This document shows, piece after piece, positions 49,158 to 59,023 of a stretch of 64,000 nt of DNA (positions within the stretch are counted from its first letter, which is position 1; each line of letters starts with the position of its first letter). Origin of the DNA: an uncultured delta proteobacterium (GTDB taxonomy: Bacteria > Myxococcota_A > UBA9160 > SZUA-336); the NCBI GenBank assembly GCA_963704165.1, contig CAVPHD010000002.1:32001-96000 (forward strand), read 5' to 3'. The notes under the pieces were generated by a model that saw only the letters and a program-made list of their open reading frames with translations, was not told where the DNA came from and made no database searches. Made by a program: the position numbers and the translations under genes.

Positions 49158-49622
49158 ATGGTGCAGAAGGCGGGATCGTTGTCTCTCAAAGCTGCGGTCC
49201 TGACGGTCGCGATGGTCGCTGCGCTCGCGGGAGTTCCCGGCGAGGCGAAGGCCGACGCGAGCCAGCTCTGCCGCGCCGGAGCGAATCTGGTGCTCGCGCC
49301 CTTCGACTTCCTGCTCGCCCCCGTGATCGTCGCGAAGGACGAGTACTACGGCCTGACCGAGGTCGACGATCCGATGGCGATCAAGGTCATGGGTGCGGTT
49401 CCCGGCTACGTCTTCCTGCTCGGGGTGCAGACCGGAGGCGCGATCTTCAGAGAGATCGCAGCGGTGTTCGAGTTCATCCCCGGGATCGTGACGCTCTTCC
49501 GCGAGGGCTCGCAGCCGGCGCTCTACCGCTCCGCGGAGGACGCTTGGGCGCTCTACGCCGAGGAGTACGGCCCCTGCCCCGTCAAGATCGGGATCTCGTA
49601 CAACACGATCAACGACGGCTGA
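49158..49622 (+). CDS. Hypothetical exported/membrane protein
   Basis: GGAGG RBS, signal peptide ending AKA, host-like codon use. Confidence 0.7.
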   Translation: MVQKAGSLSLKAAVLTVAMVAALAGVPGEAKADASQLCRAGANLVLAPFDFLLAPVIVAKDEYYGLTEVDDPMAIKVMGAVPGYVFLLGVQTGGAIFREIAAVFEFIPGIVTLFREGSQPALYRSAEDAWALYAEEYGPCPVKIGISYNTINDG

Positions 49623-50526
49623 TCGCGCGCAGCACGCCTTCGAGCGCGCGGTCGCCTGCCTCCGCATCGAGCCACTCGAGTCCCGGCTCGGCGCGAAACC
49701 AGGTGCGCTGGCGCTTCGCGTAGCGTCGTGTCGCGATCCAGGCGCGCTCGATCGCTTCGGTCCGCGAGAGCCGACCCGCGAGAAGCTCGCCGGCTTCGAG
49801 GTAGCCGATCGCCCGAAGCGGGCGCAGGCTCGCTGCGAATCCCGCGGCGTGAAGCCCCGACAATTCCTCCACGAGTCCGGCGTCGAACATCGCCTCGACG
49901 CGCGCGCGCAGGCGAGCCGCGAGACGCTCGCGATCGACCGCGAGGCCCAGCCAGATGACGTCGAACGGACGGTCTCGGAACGCATGATCCGATTGCTGCT
50001 CCGAGATCGGCCGACACGCCAGGCGAAGTGCCTCGAGCGCGCGCACGGTTCGGACGCGATCGGACGGGCTGATCCGCGCGGCGGTCACCGCGTCGAGGCG
50101 CTCGAGCTCGGCGCGAAGATCCACGCTCGTTCGAGCCTCGAGCTCGGCGCGGATCGCAGCGTCGGATCCGACTCCCTCGATCAAGCCGCCCGCGAACGCG
50201 CGCGCGTAGAGCCCGGTGCCTCCGACGAGTAGAACCGGGCGGCCGCGCATCGCGATCTCGAGCGCCGCCCGGCGCGCGAACGCAGCCCAGCGCCCCGCGG
50301 ACATCGACGCATCGGGATCGACGAGATCGAGCGCGTGATGCGGGATCTCGGCGCGAAGCTCGGTCGAGGGCTTCGCCGTGCCGATGTCCATGCCTCGGTA
50401 GACCTGCATCGAATCCGCGCTGACGATCTCGGCGCCCGTCTTGCGCGCGACCGCGCAGGCGAGCTCGGTCTTGCCGGTGCCGGTCGGGCCGACGATCGCG
50501 ATCACGCGCGGACGATCTTCCGCCAT
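49609..50526 (-). CDS. miaA: tRNA dimethylallyltransferase
   Basis: GPTGTGKT, SADSMQVYRGMDIGTAKP, VGGTGLY, AIGY, YAKRQRTWF; TGATG coupling to mutL. Confidence 0.96.
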   Translation of the reverse strand: MAEDRPRVIAIVGPTGTGKTELACAVARKTGAEIVSADSMQVYRGMDIGTAKPSTELRAEIPHHALDLVDPDASMSAGRWAAFARRAALEIAMRGRPVLLVGGTGLYARAFAGGLIEGVGSDAAIRAELEARTSVDLRAELERLDAVTAARISPSDRVRTVRALEALRLACRPISEQQSDHAFRDRPFDVIWLGLAVDRERLAARLRARVEAMFDAGLVEELSGLHAAGFAASLRPLRAIGYLEAGELLAGRLSRTEAIERAWIATRRYAKRQRTWFRAEPGLEWLDAEAGDRALEGVLRAISRR

Positions 50527-52285
50527 CAGCGGCGAAGGAAACGTCGCTCGAGCTCGGCGCGATCGAGCATCGAGAGGATCGGCCGGCCGTGCGGGCAGTT
50601 CGGGAACCAGAGCGTCTCGTCGAGATCGGCGAGCAGCGCCCCGACCTCGCGCGCGTCGAGCCGATCGCCCTTCCGCACGGCCGCGTGACACGCCGAGCTG
50701 GCCAGGAGATCGTGAAGCGCGCGCTCCAAACCGTCGCGCGCCTCGCGCGTCGCGGGACCCGCCCATGCGCGCGCGGTCTCGGCGAGCACGTCCGGCCAGC
50801 TCGTGCCACGTCGCGCGGCGAGAAGTGCCGGCAGCGAGCGCAGATTCGCGTGCACGGTCCCGCGCAAGGTGTCCGCGCCCGGCTCGAGTTCGATGCCCGC
50901 CCGCGCGAGTAGATCGGCGTGGGCGGCGAGTGTCTCCGCGTCGACGCGCGAGAGCTCGACGCGTGAGCGGCACGAGCAGGGGCTGCCGCTCGAGCTTGTC
51001 GGCGAGAGCTTCGCGCCGCAGGCGCTCGAAGAGCACGCGCTCGTGGGCGGCATGTTGGTCGATCAGCACGATCCCCTCTTCGCCCTCGAGCACGAGATAC
51101 AAGCCGAGTGCCTGTCCGACCTGGCGCAGACGCGAGAACACGAGGGCCGGCCGGGTCGGCGCGGTCGTTCCGCTCGTCGCCGTCTCTGAGGCGGATGCAT
51201 CGGTGCGGAAGAAACCGTCGGCGAGCGCGAAGTCCCCCGCCCGGCTCGAACCCGCCGACGCATCGCTTGAGAATCGGTACTCGGGTCGCGGCGACGTCCC
51301 GACGCGCACGGCCGTGCCGATCGCTCGGCGCAGCAGCGAGGTGACCGAGGTCGGGTCGCGGAATCGGACCTCCCACTTCGCCGGGTGCACGTTCACGTCC
51401 ACCTCGCCGGGATCGACCTGCAGGAAGAGCACGACGACCGGGTAGCGCCCCGGTGGAAGCGCATCGCGATACGCGTCGCGACACCGCGAACTGAAGCAGT
51501 CGATCGCGAACGGGGCGTCCGTTGACGTAGACGTGCAGATCGGAAGGGCCGCTGCGAAGGACGTGCGTCGGGCTGACGAACCCCGTCACGCGCAGCGTCG
51601 CGCTCTCGCCCTCGACGGGCAGCAGCCCTTCGGCCGCGCCCGGCGGCAGAACCGCGAGCACGCGCTCGCGCGCATCCCGGGTCGGGAGCCAGAGTAACGT
51701 GCGCCGACCATCGCGTTCGAGCTCGAAGCGCACATCGGGTCGCACCAGCGCGATCCGCTCCAGCCAACGCACGATGTGCGAGGCCTCGGTGACGGCGCTC
51801 TTCAGGAACTTCCGGCGTGCAGGCACCCGTCCGAACAGGTCGGCGACCTCGATCATCGTTCCCTCGGCGCAGGCGACCGGCCCCGAGCGCTCGATGCCCG
51901 CGCCGAAACCTTCGACCTCGGTCCCGACCGCATCCTCGTGCCGGCGCGTCCGCATGCGTACCGAGGCGACCGACGCGATGCTCGGCAGCGCCTCGCCGCG
52001 GAAGCCGAGCGAAGTGACCCGTGCGAGATCCTCCGCCGAGGCGAGCTTGCTCGTTGCATGCCGTTCAAAAGACAGTCGGGCGTCCTCCCGGCTCATTCCC
52101 GTACCGTCGTCGCTGACCGAGATTGCGGCGATTCCCCCCTCGCGGATCACTACGCGGATCTGTGTCGCCATGGCGTCGAGCGCGTTCTCGACGAGCTCTT
52201 TCACGATCGAGGCGGGGCGCTCGACGACCTCGCCTGCGGCGATCTGATTGACGAGCTCGGATGGAAGTACGCGCACTTTGCCCAC
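50526..52285 (-). CDS. mutL: DNA mismatch repair protein MutL, two frameshifts
   Basis: NQIAAGEVVERPAS, HATSKL, GFRGEAL, DVNVHPAK, DQHAAHER, ACHAAV, CPHGRP. Frame switches near 51481 and 50964. Confidence 0.93.
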
Positions 52286-52399
52286 GTCAGGGAAAGTATC
52301 ACGCGCGATCTTCACCACGCCGAGAGGCTCCTGCAGGTGAAAAACTCCTTGACAGCAGGCCCGCCTTGGAGAACTTCTTGCTTGTTGAGGGGGGTTGAG

Positions 52400-53443
52400 A
52401 TGTCAGGGGTGGTGCCGTCTACGGAATCGGGCTCACCGACTGGAGGGACGGGTTCGCCGCGCGCCGGAACGCCGGTCGCCGCGCGACGACGCGGTGATCG
52501 CCTGGTCGGGACGAGCCGACCGATCCAGCGGGCGCTCGAGCAGATCTCCGTCGCGGGACGCGGTCGGTTCCCTGTCTTCGTTTCGGCCGAGGAAGGCGCC
52601 GAGAAAGAGCTGATCGCCCGCCTGATCCATGAATCCAGTGACTGGACGACGGGCGGTTTCTTCGCGCTCGACGCCTCACTCGTCCCCGAGAGACTGCTCG
52701 CTCGCGAGCTGCTCGGTTGTGAACGCGGCGTGCTGCCCTCGCTGCCTGCGGAGTCGAACGGCGCGTTTCAACGCACGGTCGGCGGAACCGTCCTGATCGA
52801 CCGCATCGAGACGATCCCCAAGGATCTTCAGCAGGGGCTCGCGCTCGCGCTCGGCGAGGGAAGGATCCGGCGCGTCGGTGCATCCTCGACCATTCCGCTG
52901 GAGTGCCGGGTGATCGGATCGAGCGTCGAGAGCCTCGACGCACTCGTCGGAAACGGATCGCTCGACCCCGATCTCGGCGAGCGACTGCGTCTGCTCGAGA
53001 TCCGAGTTCCCGGTCTTCGAGAGCGGCGCGAGGACGTGCTTCCTCTCGCGGCGAGGGCCTTGTCGATCGCGAGCGAGGAGATCGAGCGGGAGCTCGGTCG
53101 GCCCGCGACGGCACGCGGCTTCACGCGAGAGGCCTCGGAGCGGCTGCGCGACTACAACTGGCCCGGGAATGAGCGAGAGCTGCTCGAACGCGTCCGCGCC
53201 GCCGTCCGCATGGCGAGAGGCGAAGAGATCGATGCCGAGGACCTCTCGCTCGGAACCCCCTCGAGCGACGAGGTGCCATCGTTCCGGGACGCCAAGCGCG
53301 CCTTCGAGCGCGAGTACGTCGGTCGCGTGTTGCGCATGTGCGGCGGCAACATCAGCCGCGCCGCACGCATCGCGAAAAAGGACCGGAAGGACTTCTACGA
53401 CGTGCTGCGCCGCAACCAGATCGATCCGGACGACTTCCGCTAG
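52400..53443 (+). CDS. Degenerate sigma54-activator-like AAA+/Fis-HTH regulator
   Basis: KELIARLIH, VPGLRERREDV, YNWPGNEREL, AFEREY, GNISRAAR. Walker A, Walker B and GAFTGA are all degenerate. Confidence 0.85.
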   Translation: MSGVVPSTESGSPTGGTGSPRAGTPVAARRRGDRLVGTSRPIQRALEQISVAGRGRFPVFVSAEEGAEKELIARLIHESSDWTTGGFFALDASLVPERLLARELLGCERGVLPSLPAESNGAFQRTVGGTVLIDRIETIPKDLQQGLALALGEGRIRRVGASSTIPLECRVIGSSVESLDALVGNGSLDPDLGERLRLLEIRVPGLRERREDVLPLAARALSIASEEIERELGRPATARGFTREASERLRDYNWPGNERELLERVRAAVRMARGEEIDAEDLSLGTPSSDEVPSFRDAKRAFEREYVGRVLRMCGGNISRAARIAKKDRKDFYDVLRRNQIDPDDFR

Positions 53444-53479
53444 CCCCCACCTCGACGGCCCGGTCGGCGCGCTATTCTC

Positions 53480-54289
53480 GTGCCGATGATCGCCGCGGTC
53501 GTGCAGATGACATCGGGTCCGGTGCTCGCGCCAAATCTCTCGCGCGCAGCCGAGCTGATCGAGCGCGCGGCGCGTCGTGGCGCGGAGCTCGTCGCCCTGC
53601 CCGAGAACTTCGCGCTCATGCGCGAGGGCGGCGCGTCCGCTCCGCATCCGCACGCCCAGGATCTGCCGGAAGGCGAGATCGTGCGCTTCCTCCGCGACCG
53701 TGCGGCGGAGCACCGCATCGTGCTCGCCGGCGGCACGTTCCCCGAACGGATCGTCGGCGACGAACGAGTCTTCAACACCTCGGTCGTGATCGATCGGACC
53801 GGCGATCTGCTCGCGCGCTACCGCAAGATCCACCTGTTCGACGTGGACCTCCCCGGCGCCGTGCATCGGGAGTCGGCGAGCGTGGCGCCGGGTAGCGAGG
53901 TCGTGGTTGCGAAGCTCGCGGCCTGCACGCTCGGGCTCTCGGTCTGCTACGACGTGCGCTTTCCCGAGCTCTACCGCGCGCTCGTCGATCTCGGCGCCAA
54001 CGTCCTGCTCGTACCCGCGGCGTTCACGGTGCCCACGGGCCGCGATCACTGGGAGGTCCTGCTGCGCGCGCGCGCGATCGAGAGCCAATCGTTCGTGATC
54101 GCTGCGGCGCAGTGGGGCGAGCACGGCGCGACGCGTCGGTCGTATGGACGCGCGCAGGTCGTCGATCCGTGGGGCACCGTCCTGTGCACGGTGCCCGATG
54201 GCGAAGGCGTCGCACTCGCGGAGCTCGACTTCTCGCGGCTCGAGGACGTGCGCCGTCGCCTCCCCTCTCTGCGACATCGCCGCCTCTAG
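53480..54289 (+). CDS. Carbon-nitrogen hydrolase (Nit1/deaminated glutathione amidase-like)
   Basis: LPENF, YRKIHLFDV, CYDVRFPE, HWEVLLRARAIE, VDPWG. Confidence 0.92.
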   Translation: MPMIAAVVQMTSGPVLAPNLSRAAELIERAARRGAELVALPENFALMREGGASAPHPHAQDLPEGEIVRFLRDRAAEHRIVLAGGTFPERIVGDERVFNTSVVIDRTGDLLARYRKIHLFDVDLPGAVHRESASVAPGSEVVVAKLAACTLGLSVCYDVRFPELYRALVDLGANVLLVPAAFTVPTGRDHWEVLLRARAIESQSFVIAAAQWGEHGATRRSYGRAQVVDPWGTVLCTVPDGEGVALAELDFSRLEDVRRRLPSLRHRRL

Positions 54290-54337
54290 CCCCGGGTCCT
54301 CTCAAGCGGCCTCCGGGCGCTGCCGATTCCGGCTGCG

Positions 54338-54631
54338 ATGGCGAGAGCAGCGCTCATCGTGCGCGTGGCCGGACGGCCCGACGTGGTTTTCGAGATCGTC
54401 TCGGCCGAGACGCTGATCGGACGCGCGCCGACCTGCAGCTTGCAGCTCACCGACGAGAGCATCAGCCGCGAGCACTCGGTGGTCCTGGCCGACGACGACA
54501 CGTACGTCCTCGAAGACCTGCAGAGCACCAACGGCATCAAGGTCAACGGCAAGCGCGTGCGCTCCACGGAGCTCGGCCACGGAGACGAGATCGAGATCGG
54601 CCAGACCCGCCTGATCTTCACGCTCGAGTAG
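54338..54631 (+). CDS. Stand-alone FHA domain protein
   Basis: IGR, ISREH, DLQSTNG..VNG, GDEIEIG. Confidence 0.9.
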   Translation: MARAALIVRVAGRPDVVFEIVSAETLIGRAPTCSLQLTDESISREHSVVLADDDTYVLEDLQSTNGIKVNGKRVRSTELGHGDEIEIGQTRLIFTLE

Positions 54632-54728
54632 AGGGACCGGACGGAAGTCCTTTTCCCAGTTTGGCATCGGCGGCGCCCTGCCCCGCTCCCCCGCTCCGCG
54701 AAATCGCATCCTCGAGCGGGCATGCCGC

Positions 54729-55028
54729 TTGCTCTCGGTCCCCGATGTGAAATTCCACTGGTTGTCGCAGCGCGCGCGGGAGATCGTCTCGGAGGCGCTC
54801 CAGAGCGAGATCGAGGCCGAGCTCGAGGTCGAGCGCATGCTCGTCGCGGGGGCCGTCGTCGTCCGCGAGGGCGAGCACTACCGCATCGAGAGCGGCGACG
54901 ATACCTGGAGCGAACTCGAGGCCCGATCGAGGCGACTCGAGGGCCTGTGCGACTGCGGCTCGCTGCTCTCGTCCGATGGCGTGCGAGCCCGGTGCCGGAG
55001 TTGCGGGCGCGAGTACCGGCAGATCTAG
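54729..55028 (+). CDS. Hypothetical small protein with a putative zinc ribbon
   Basis: CDCG...CRSCGR near the C-terminus; TTG start uncertain. Confidence 0.6.
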   Translation: MLSVPDVKFHWLSQRAREIVSEALQSEIEAELEVERMLVAGAVVVREGEHYRIESGDDTWSELEARSRRLEGLCDCGSLLSSDGVRARCRSCGREYRQI

Positions 55029-55039
55029 CGCAGCTCCAC

Positions 55040-55699
55040 CTACACGCTCGCGCTGCTCTCCAGCTGCATCCGCTCCCAGCCCTCCTTCACGAGCCGACAG
55101 GCCTCCTCGGCCGAGTCCACCAGCGAGAAGAGCTTCAGGTCCTTCTTCGCGATCATCCCCATCTCGAGGACGCGAGTCTCGAGCCAGCCGATCAGGCCCG
55201 ACCAGTAATCGGAGCCGACCAGGATGACGGGAATGTCGCGGCACTTCCCGGTCTGCTTCAGCGTCAGGCACTCGAACATCTCGTCGAGCGTGCCGAAGCC
55301 GCCGGGCAGCATCACGAACGCGCAGGCGTACTTCACGAACATGACCTTGCGCACGAAGAAGTAGTCGAAGTGGATGGCGGTGTCGGCGTAGCCGTTGTCG
55401 TGCTGCTCGAAGGGCAGTTTGATGTTCAGCCCGATCGACGGCGCCTCGACCTCGTGCGCTCCCCGATTCGCCGCTTCCATCGCGCCCGGGCCGCCACCGG
55501 TGATCACCGCGAAGCCCTCGCGCCCGAGGCCGCGACCGATCTCGCGACCGAGGCGATACGTGTCGCTATCGACCGGCGCGCGCGCTCCGCCGAAGACCGA
55601 GACCGCCGGCCAGATCGGCCCGAGCGTCTCGAACCCCTCGACGAACTCCGCCATGATCCGGAAGATCGTCCACGTGTCTTTGCTGCGGAATTCCTTCAC
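55040..55699 (-). CDS. LOG family (TIGR00730) protein
   Basis: FRIMAEF, ITGGGPGAMEAANRGA, FFVRKVMF, PGGFGTLDE. Confidence 0.92.
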   Translation of the reverse strand: MKEFRSKDTWTIFRIMAEFVEGFETLGPIWPAVSVFGGARAPVDSDTYRLGREIGRGLGREGFAVITGGGPGAMEAANRGAHEVEAPSIGLNIKLPFEQHDNGYADTAIHFDYFFVRKVMFVKYACAFVMLPGGFGTLDEMFECLTLKQTGKCRDIPVILVGSDYWSGLIGWLETRVLEMGMIAKKDLKLFSLVDSAEEACRLVKEGWERMQLESSASV

Positions 55700-56579
55700 G
55701 GTCGTTCGTGCTATCGGAGCTTCGATCGGGCGAGTTGATCGGCGTCCCACAGCTCGTGCAGCGGACCCGAACGCGATGGCGCGATGCGACGTGCGTGCCG
55801 TCCTCCGACCGGAGGTCGAGACGAAGCTCGAACGTGGCGACGCGCACCCGGCCGTCGGGAACCAGCTCGGCCTCGGCTCGCGCGTCGAGCACGAGCTTGC
55901 CGTCGAGTCCATCGGTGACATGGAGAGACTCGCGCGTCACCGAGCCACTCGCGCGCAACCGATCGGGCCCGTCGGGCGAGAGCTCCCAGCGCAAAGGAAG
56001 CTCGACGCCGAGGTGGAATCGGCCGGTCTGCGGCACCGTGCGCCGCGCGACCCAGGCCCGCCCACCCTCGGGCGCGCGCGTGGGCAGCGCGACGAGCAGC
56101 CAGTCGAGCAGGGCGATGTCGAAGAGGATCGGGTGGGGGCTCTGCCAGACGGGTTCCAGCAGCTCCCCGTCGGTGTCGAGGTCGGCCGACGCCGCGGGTC
56201 GCGCACGGATCTCGAGCGGGGTGTCACCGCCGAGGGTCTTCTCGTTCGGCCCGAAACCGACGCGCCCGGTCTTCGCGGTCTGCACCCAGTAGCCCTTCTC
56301 CGAGATCGCCAGCTCGCTCGCTCCATCGGGCGCGCCTTCGGTGCGCGACGAGTAGCGTTCGATGTACAGCTCGACCGCGGTCTCGCCGGGCGTTTCGGTC
56401 TTCGCGCGCAGGATCAGATCCGCGAAGCGCACGCTCTTCACCTGCGTGCCGTCGATCTCGAAGTGCTCCTCGGCCTCGAATCGCCAGTGCTGCTCCGGTG
56501 AGTCACCGAAACCGTAGGGCGCGGGACCGGAGCCCGAGCACGCGAGCCAAGACAATCCGAGCAGGAGCGCACGCCGCAT
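55566..56579 (-). CDS. Hypothetical lipoprotein; 3' end uncertain
   Basis: MRRALLLGLSWLAC lipobox. As read, it runs 134 nt into the LOG gene, so the true stop may be near 55700. Confidence 0.6.
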   Translation of the reverse strand: MRRALLLGLSWLACSGSGPAPYGFGDSPEQHWRFEAEEHFEIDGTQVKSVRFADLILRAKTETPGETAVELYIERYSSRTEGAPDGASELAISEKGYWVQTAKTGRVGFGPNEKTLGGDTPLEIRARPAASADLDTDGELLEPVWQSPHPILFDIALLDWLLVALPTRAPEGGRAWVARRTVPQTGRFHLGVELPLRWELSPDGPDRLRASGSVTRESLHVTDGLDGKLVLDARAEAELVPDGRVRVATFELRLDLRSEDGTHVASRHRVRVRCTSCGTPINSPDRSSDSTNDREGIPQQRHVDDLPDHGGVRRGVRDARADLAGGLGLRRSARAGR

Positions 56580-56648
56580 CGGCGGCGGAGTCTCGCCCTG
56601 CCCGACCGGCGTTTCAAGCTGCCGCAGAGCTGTGTTACGGTTTCCGCG

Positions 56649-57269
56649 ATGGCGGAGCCCGGCAGTGCGCACCCGGACTACGGTGAAACCGCGCTGATCG
56701 CTCGTCTGCGGGCGAATGACGCGTCGGCCTTCGCCGAGGTCGTGCACGCGCAGGGTCCGCGAATGCTCGCCGTCTCGCGGCGGCTCCTGCGCAGCGACGA
56801 CGACGCGGCCGACGCGGTCCAGGAGGCCTTCATCTCCGCCTTTCGCGCGATCGGGAAGTTCGAGGGCGGAGCGCGGCTTTCGACCTGGCTGCACCGAATC
56901 GTCGTCAACACGTCCCTCATGCGGCTGCGAAAGCGCACGCGCCGGCCCGAGGTCTCGATCGACGAACTCCTGCCGCGGTTCGTCGAGGACGGCCACCACG
57001 TCGATGAACCGCGCGAGTGGAAGAGCCCCGAGCCGCTCGACGCTCTCGAACGCCGTGAGACGCGCACGCTGGTGCGTGATCTGATCGACCGGCTCCCGAC
57101 CGATTACCGCACGATCTTGTTGCTCCGAGACATCGAGGGTCTCGACACCAAGGAGACGGCGGAGCTCCTCGGCGTGACGTCGAACGCGGCGAAGATCCGC
57201 CTGCACCGCGCACGCCTGGCGCTGCGAAACCTGCTCGATCCACACATGCGTGCGCGAGGAATGCCGTGA
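56649..57269 (+). CDS. ECF sigma-70 factor
   Basis: DAADAVQEAF, STWLHRIVVN, LP..YR..LLLRDIEGL..E.AELLG...KIRLHRAR. Confidence 0.93.
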   Translation: MAEPGSAHPDYGETALIARLRANDASAFAEVVHAQGPRMLAVSRRLLRSDDDAADAVQEAFISAFRAIGKFEGGARLSTWLHRIVVNTSLMRLRKRTRRPEVSIDELLPRFVEDGHHVDEPREWKSPEPLDALERRETRTLVRDLIDRLPTDYRTILLLRDIEGLDTKETAELLGVTSNAAKIRLHRARLALRNLLDPHMRARGMP

Positions 57270-57493
57270 ACTGCCGAGAATGCACCGAGTTCCTGCACGA
57301 CTACCTCGCGGGCGATCTGCCGGACAGCCAGCGCCGCGTATTCGAGGGTCACCTCGAGCTCTGCCCGCCCTGCGTCAGCTACCTCGAGAGCTACCGCAAG
57401 ACGCTCGAGCTCGGCGCGCTCGTCGCCGAAGAGCCGGCCGAGCCGCTCCCCGAAGCGCTGATTCGGGCCATCCTCGCCGCGCGCGCGAGCTGA
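57266..57493 (+). CDS. Soluble zf-HC2 (ZAS) anti-sigma factor
   Basis: C...L.DYL.G.L......HLELCPPC; GTGA overlap with the sigma gene; no TM helix. Confidence 0.88.
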   Translation: MNCRECTEFLHDYLAGDLPDSQRRVFEGHLELCPPCVSYLESYRKTLELGALVAEEPAEPLPEALIRAILAARAS

Positions 57494-57502
57494 ACGCTCG
57501 CG

Positions 57503-59023
57503 CTAACGGGACGAGCGGATCAGCGCCTTCAGCACACGCGCGACGAAGGGCGTGAGACGCGTTCGGGTGTAGGCCCCCGACGCCGCCTTGATCGCCTCGG
57601 CCTGGGTCGGGTACGGGAGAATCAGATCGACGAATCGGCCCAGGCCAAAACCCGCCGACATGGCGAGCGCGAGCGTCGCGATCAGCTCACCGGCGTGACG
57701 GGCGACGATCGTCGCACCGACGATCCGATCCTTGCCCTTCTCGACGTGGATCTTGACGAAGCCTTGATCCTCACCTTCGGCACGCGAGCGGTCGTTCGAA
57801 GCGAGCGGCGTGGTGTACGAGTCGATCTCGATCCCGTTCGCTTCGGCATCTCGCGCGTACCAGCCGACGTGAGCGATCTCGGGATCGGTGTAGGTACACC
57901 AGGGAATGCGCAACGACGACGCACGGCCGCGGCCGAAGAAGAACGCGTTTCGTACGACCAGCTTCGCCGCAGCGTCGGCGGCGTGTGTGAACTTCGTCGG
58001 CATGCAGACGTCACCCGCCGCGAAGATCCGACGGTTGGTCGTGCGCAGTCGGTCGTCCACCCGGACACCGAGCTTGGGATCGAACGCCACGCCGGCGACT
58101 TCGAGGCCGATGTCTTCGACGTTCGGCGCGCGCCCGACCCCGAGCAGGATCTCGTCGACGGCCAGCTCGCGTGCAGCGCCGGCGATGACCACGTGCAGGA
58201 GTTTCGCGTCCGCCCGACGCTCGATCCTCACGAGCGTCGCGCCGAGCACGAGCTCCACGCCGTCGCGCACGAGTGCGCGTTCGACGATTTCGGCCGCGTC
58301 CGGGTCCTCTCGGATCAGGATCCGCGGAGCGACCTCCACGAGCGTCACGTGCGAGCCCAGGCGCGCGAAGCACTGCGCGAGCTCGCATCCGATCGGCCCG
58401 GCTCCGATCACGGCGAGCCTCCGCGGTCGCTGCTCGAGCTCGAAGACGTTCTCGTTCGTCAGGAACCCGGCCTCGACGAGTCCGGGAATCGGCAGCGCGG
58501 ACGCGCGCGCACCCGTGGCGACGACGGCACGCTTGAATCGGAGTTCCGTGCCCGCGACCGCGAGCGAACGCGGGCCGGTGAAGCGCCCTTCGCCGAGAAA
58601 GACATCGACCCCGAGCTCCGCATAGCGTCTTGCAGAGTCGTGCGGCGCGATCTCCGCGCGCACCCGGCGGACGCGCGCCATGACCTCCGCGAAATCGACC
58701 TCCGTGCCTTCGGGGACGCGTACACCGAAGCGAGTCGCGTCGCGCACGTCGGACACGGCGCGCGCCGCTCGGATCAGCGTCTTCGACGGGACGCAGCCGA
58801 CGTTCAGGCAATCGCCGCCCATCAAGTGCCGCTCGACGAGCGCGACGCGCGCGCCGAGCCCCGCGGAGACGACAGCGGTGACGAGCCCCGCGGTTCCCGC
58901 GCCGAGCACGACCAACTCGTACCGCGAGGCCGGCTTCGGGTTCTTCCAGTCCGCCGGATGAACGCTCTCGATCAGCTTCTGGTTCCAGACGTCGAGAGGT
59001 CGGAGTGTTCCCGGCTCCGTCAC
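57503..59023 (-). CDS. Pyridine nucleotide-disulfide oxidoreductase (mercuric reductase-like family)
   Basis: GAGTAG, GGDCLNVGCVPSK, GAGPIGCE, FTHAA, YTDPE, YPTQAE; no C-terminal CC pair. Confidence 0.88.
   Translation of the reverse strand: MTEPGTLRPLDVWNQKLIESVHPADWKNPKPASRYELVVLGAGTAGLVTAVVSAGLGARVALVERHLMGGDCLNVGCVPSKTLIRAARAVSDVRDATRFGVRVPEGTEVDFAEVMARVRRVRAEIAPHDSARRYAELGVDVFLGEGRFTGPRSLAVAGTELRFKRAVVATGARASALPIPGLVEAGFLTNENVFELEQRPRRLAVIGAGPIGCELAQCFARLGSHVTLVEVAPRILIREDPDAAEIVERALVRDGVELVLGATLVRIERRADAKLLHVVIAGAARELAVDEILLGVGRAPNVEDIGLEVAGVAFDPKLGVRVDDRLRTTNRRIFAAGDVCMPTKFTHAADAAAKLVVRNAFFFGRGRASSLRIPWCTYTDPEIAHVGWYARDAEANGIEIDSYTTPLASNDRSRAEGEDQGFVKIHVEKGKDRIVGATIVARHAGELIATLALAMSAGFGLGRFVDLILPYPTQAEAIKAASGAYTRTRLTPFVARVLKALIRSSR

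Noticed and set aside
52349..52377. Sigma70 promoter from TTGACA (a similar one is at 49094)
   Set aside because: No convincing -10 hexamer at the proper spacing
57503..59023. Calling the reductase merA
   Set aside because: No C-terminal Cys-Cys pair, no NmerA domain and no other mer genes
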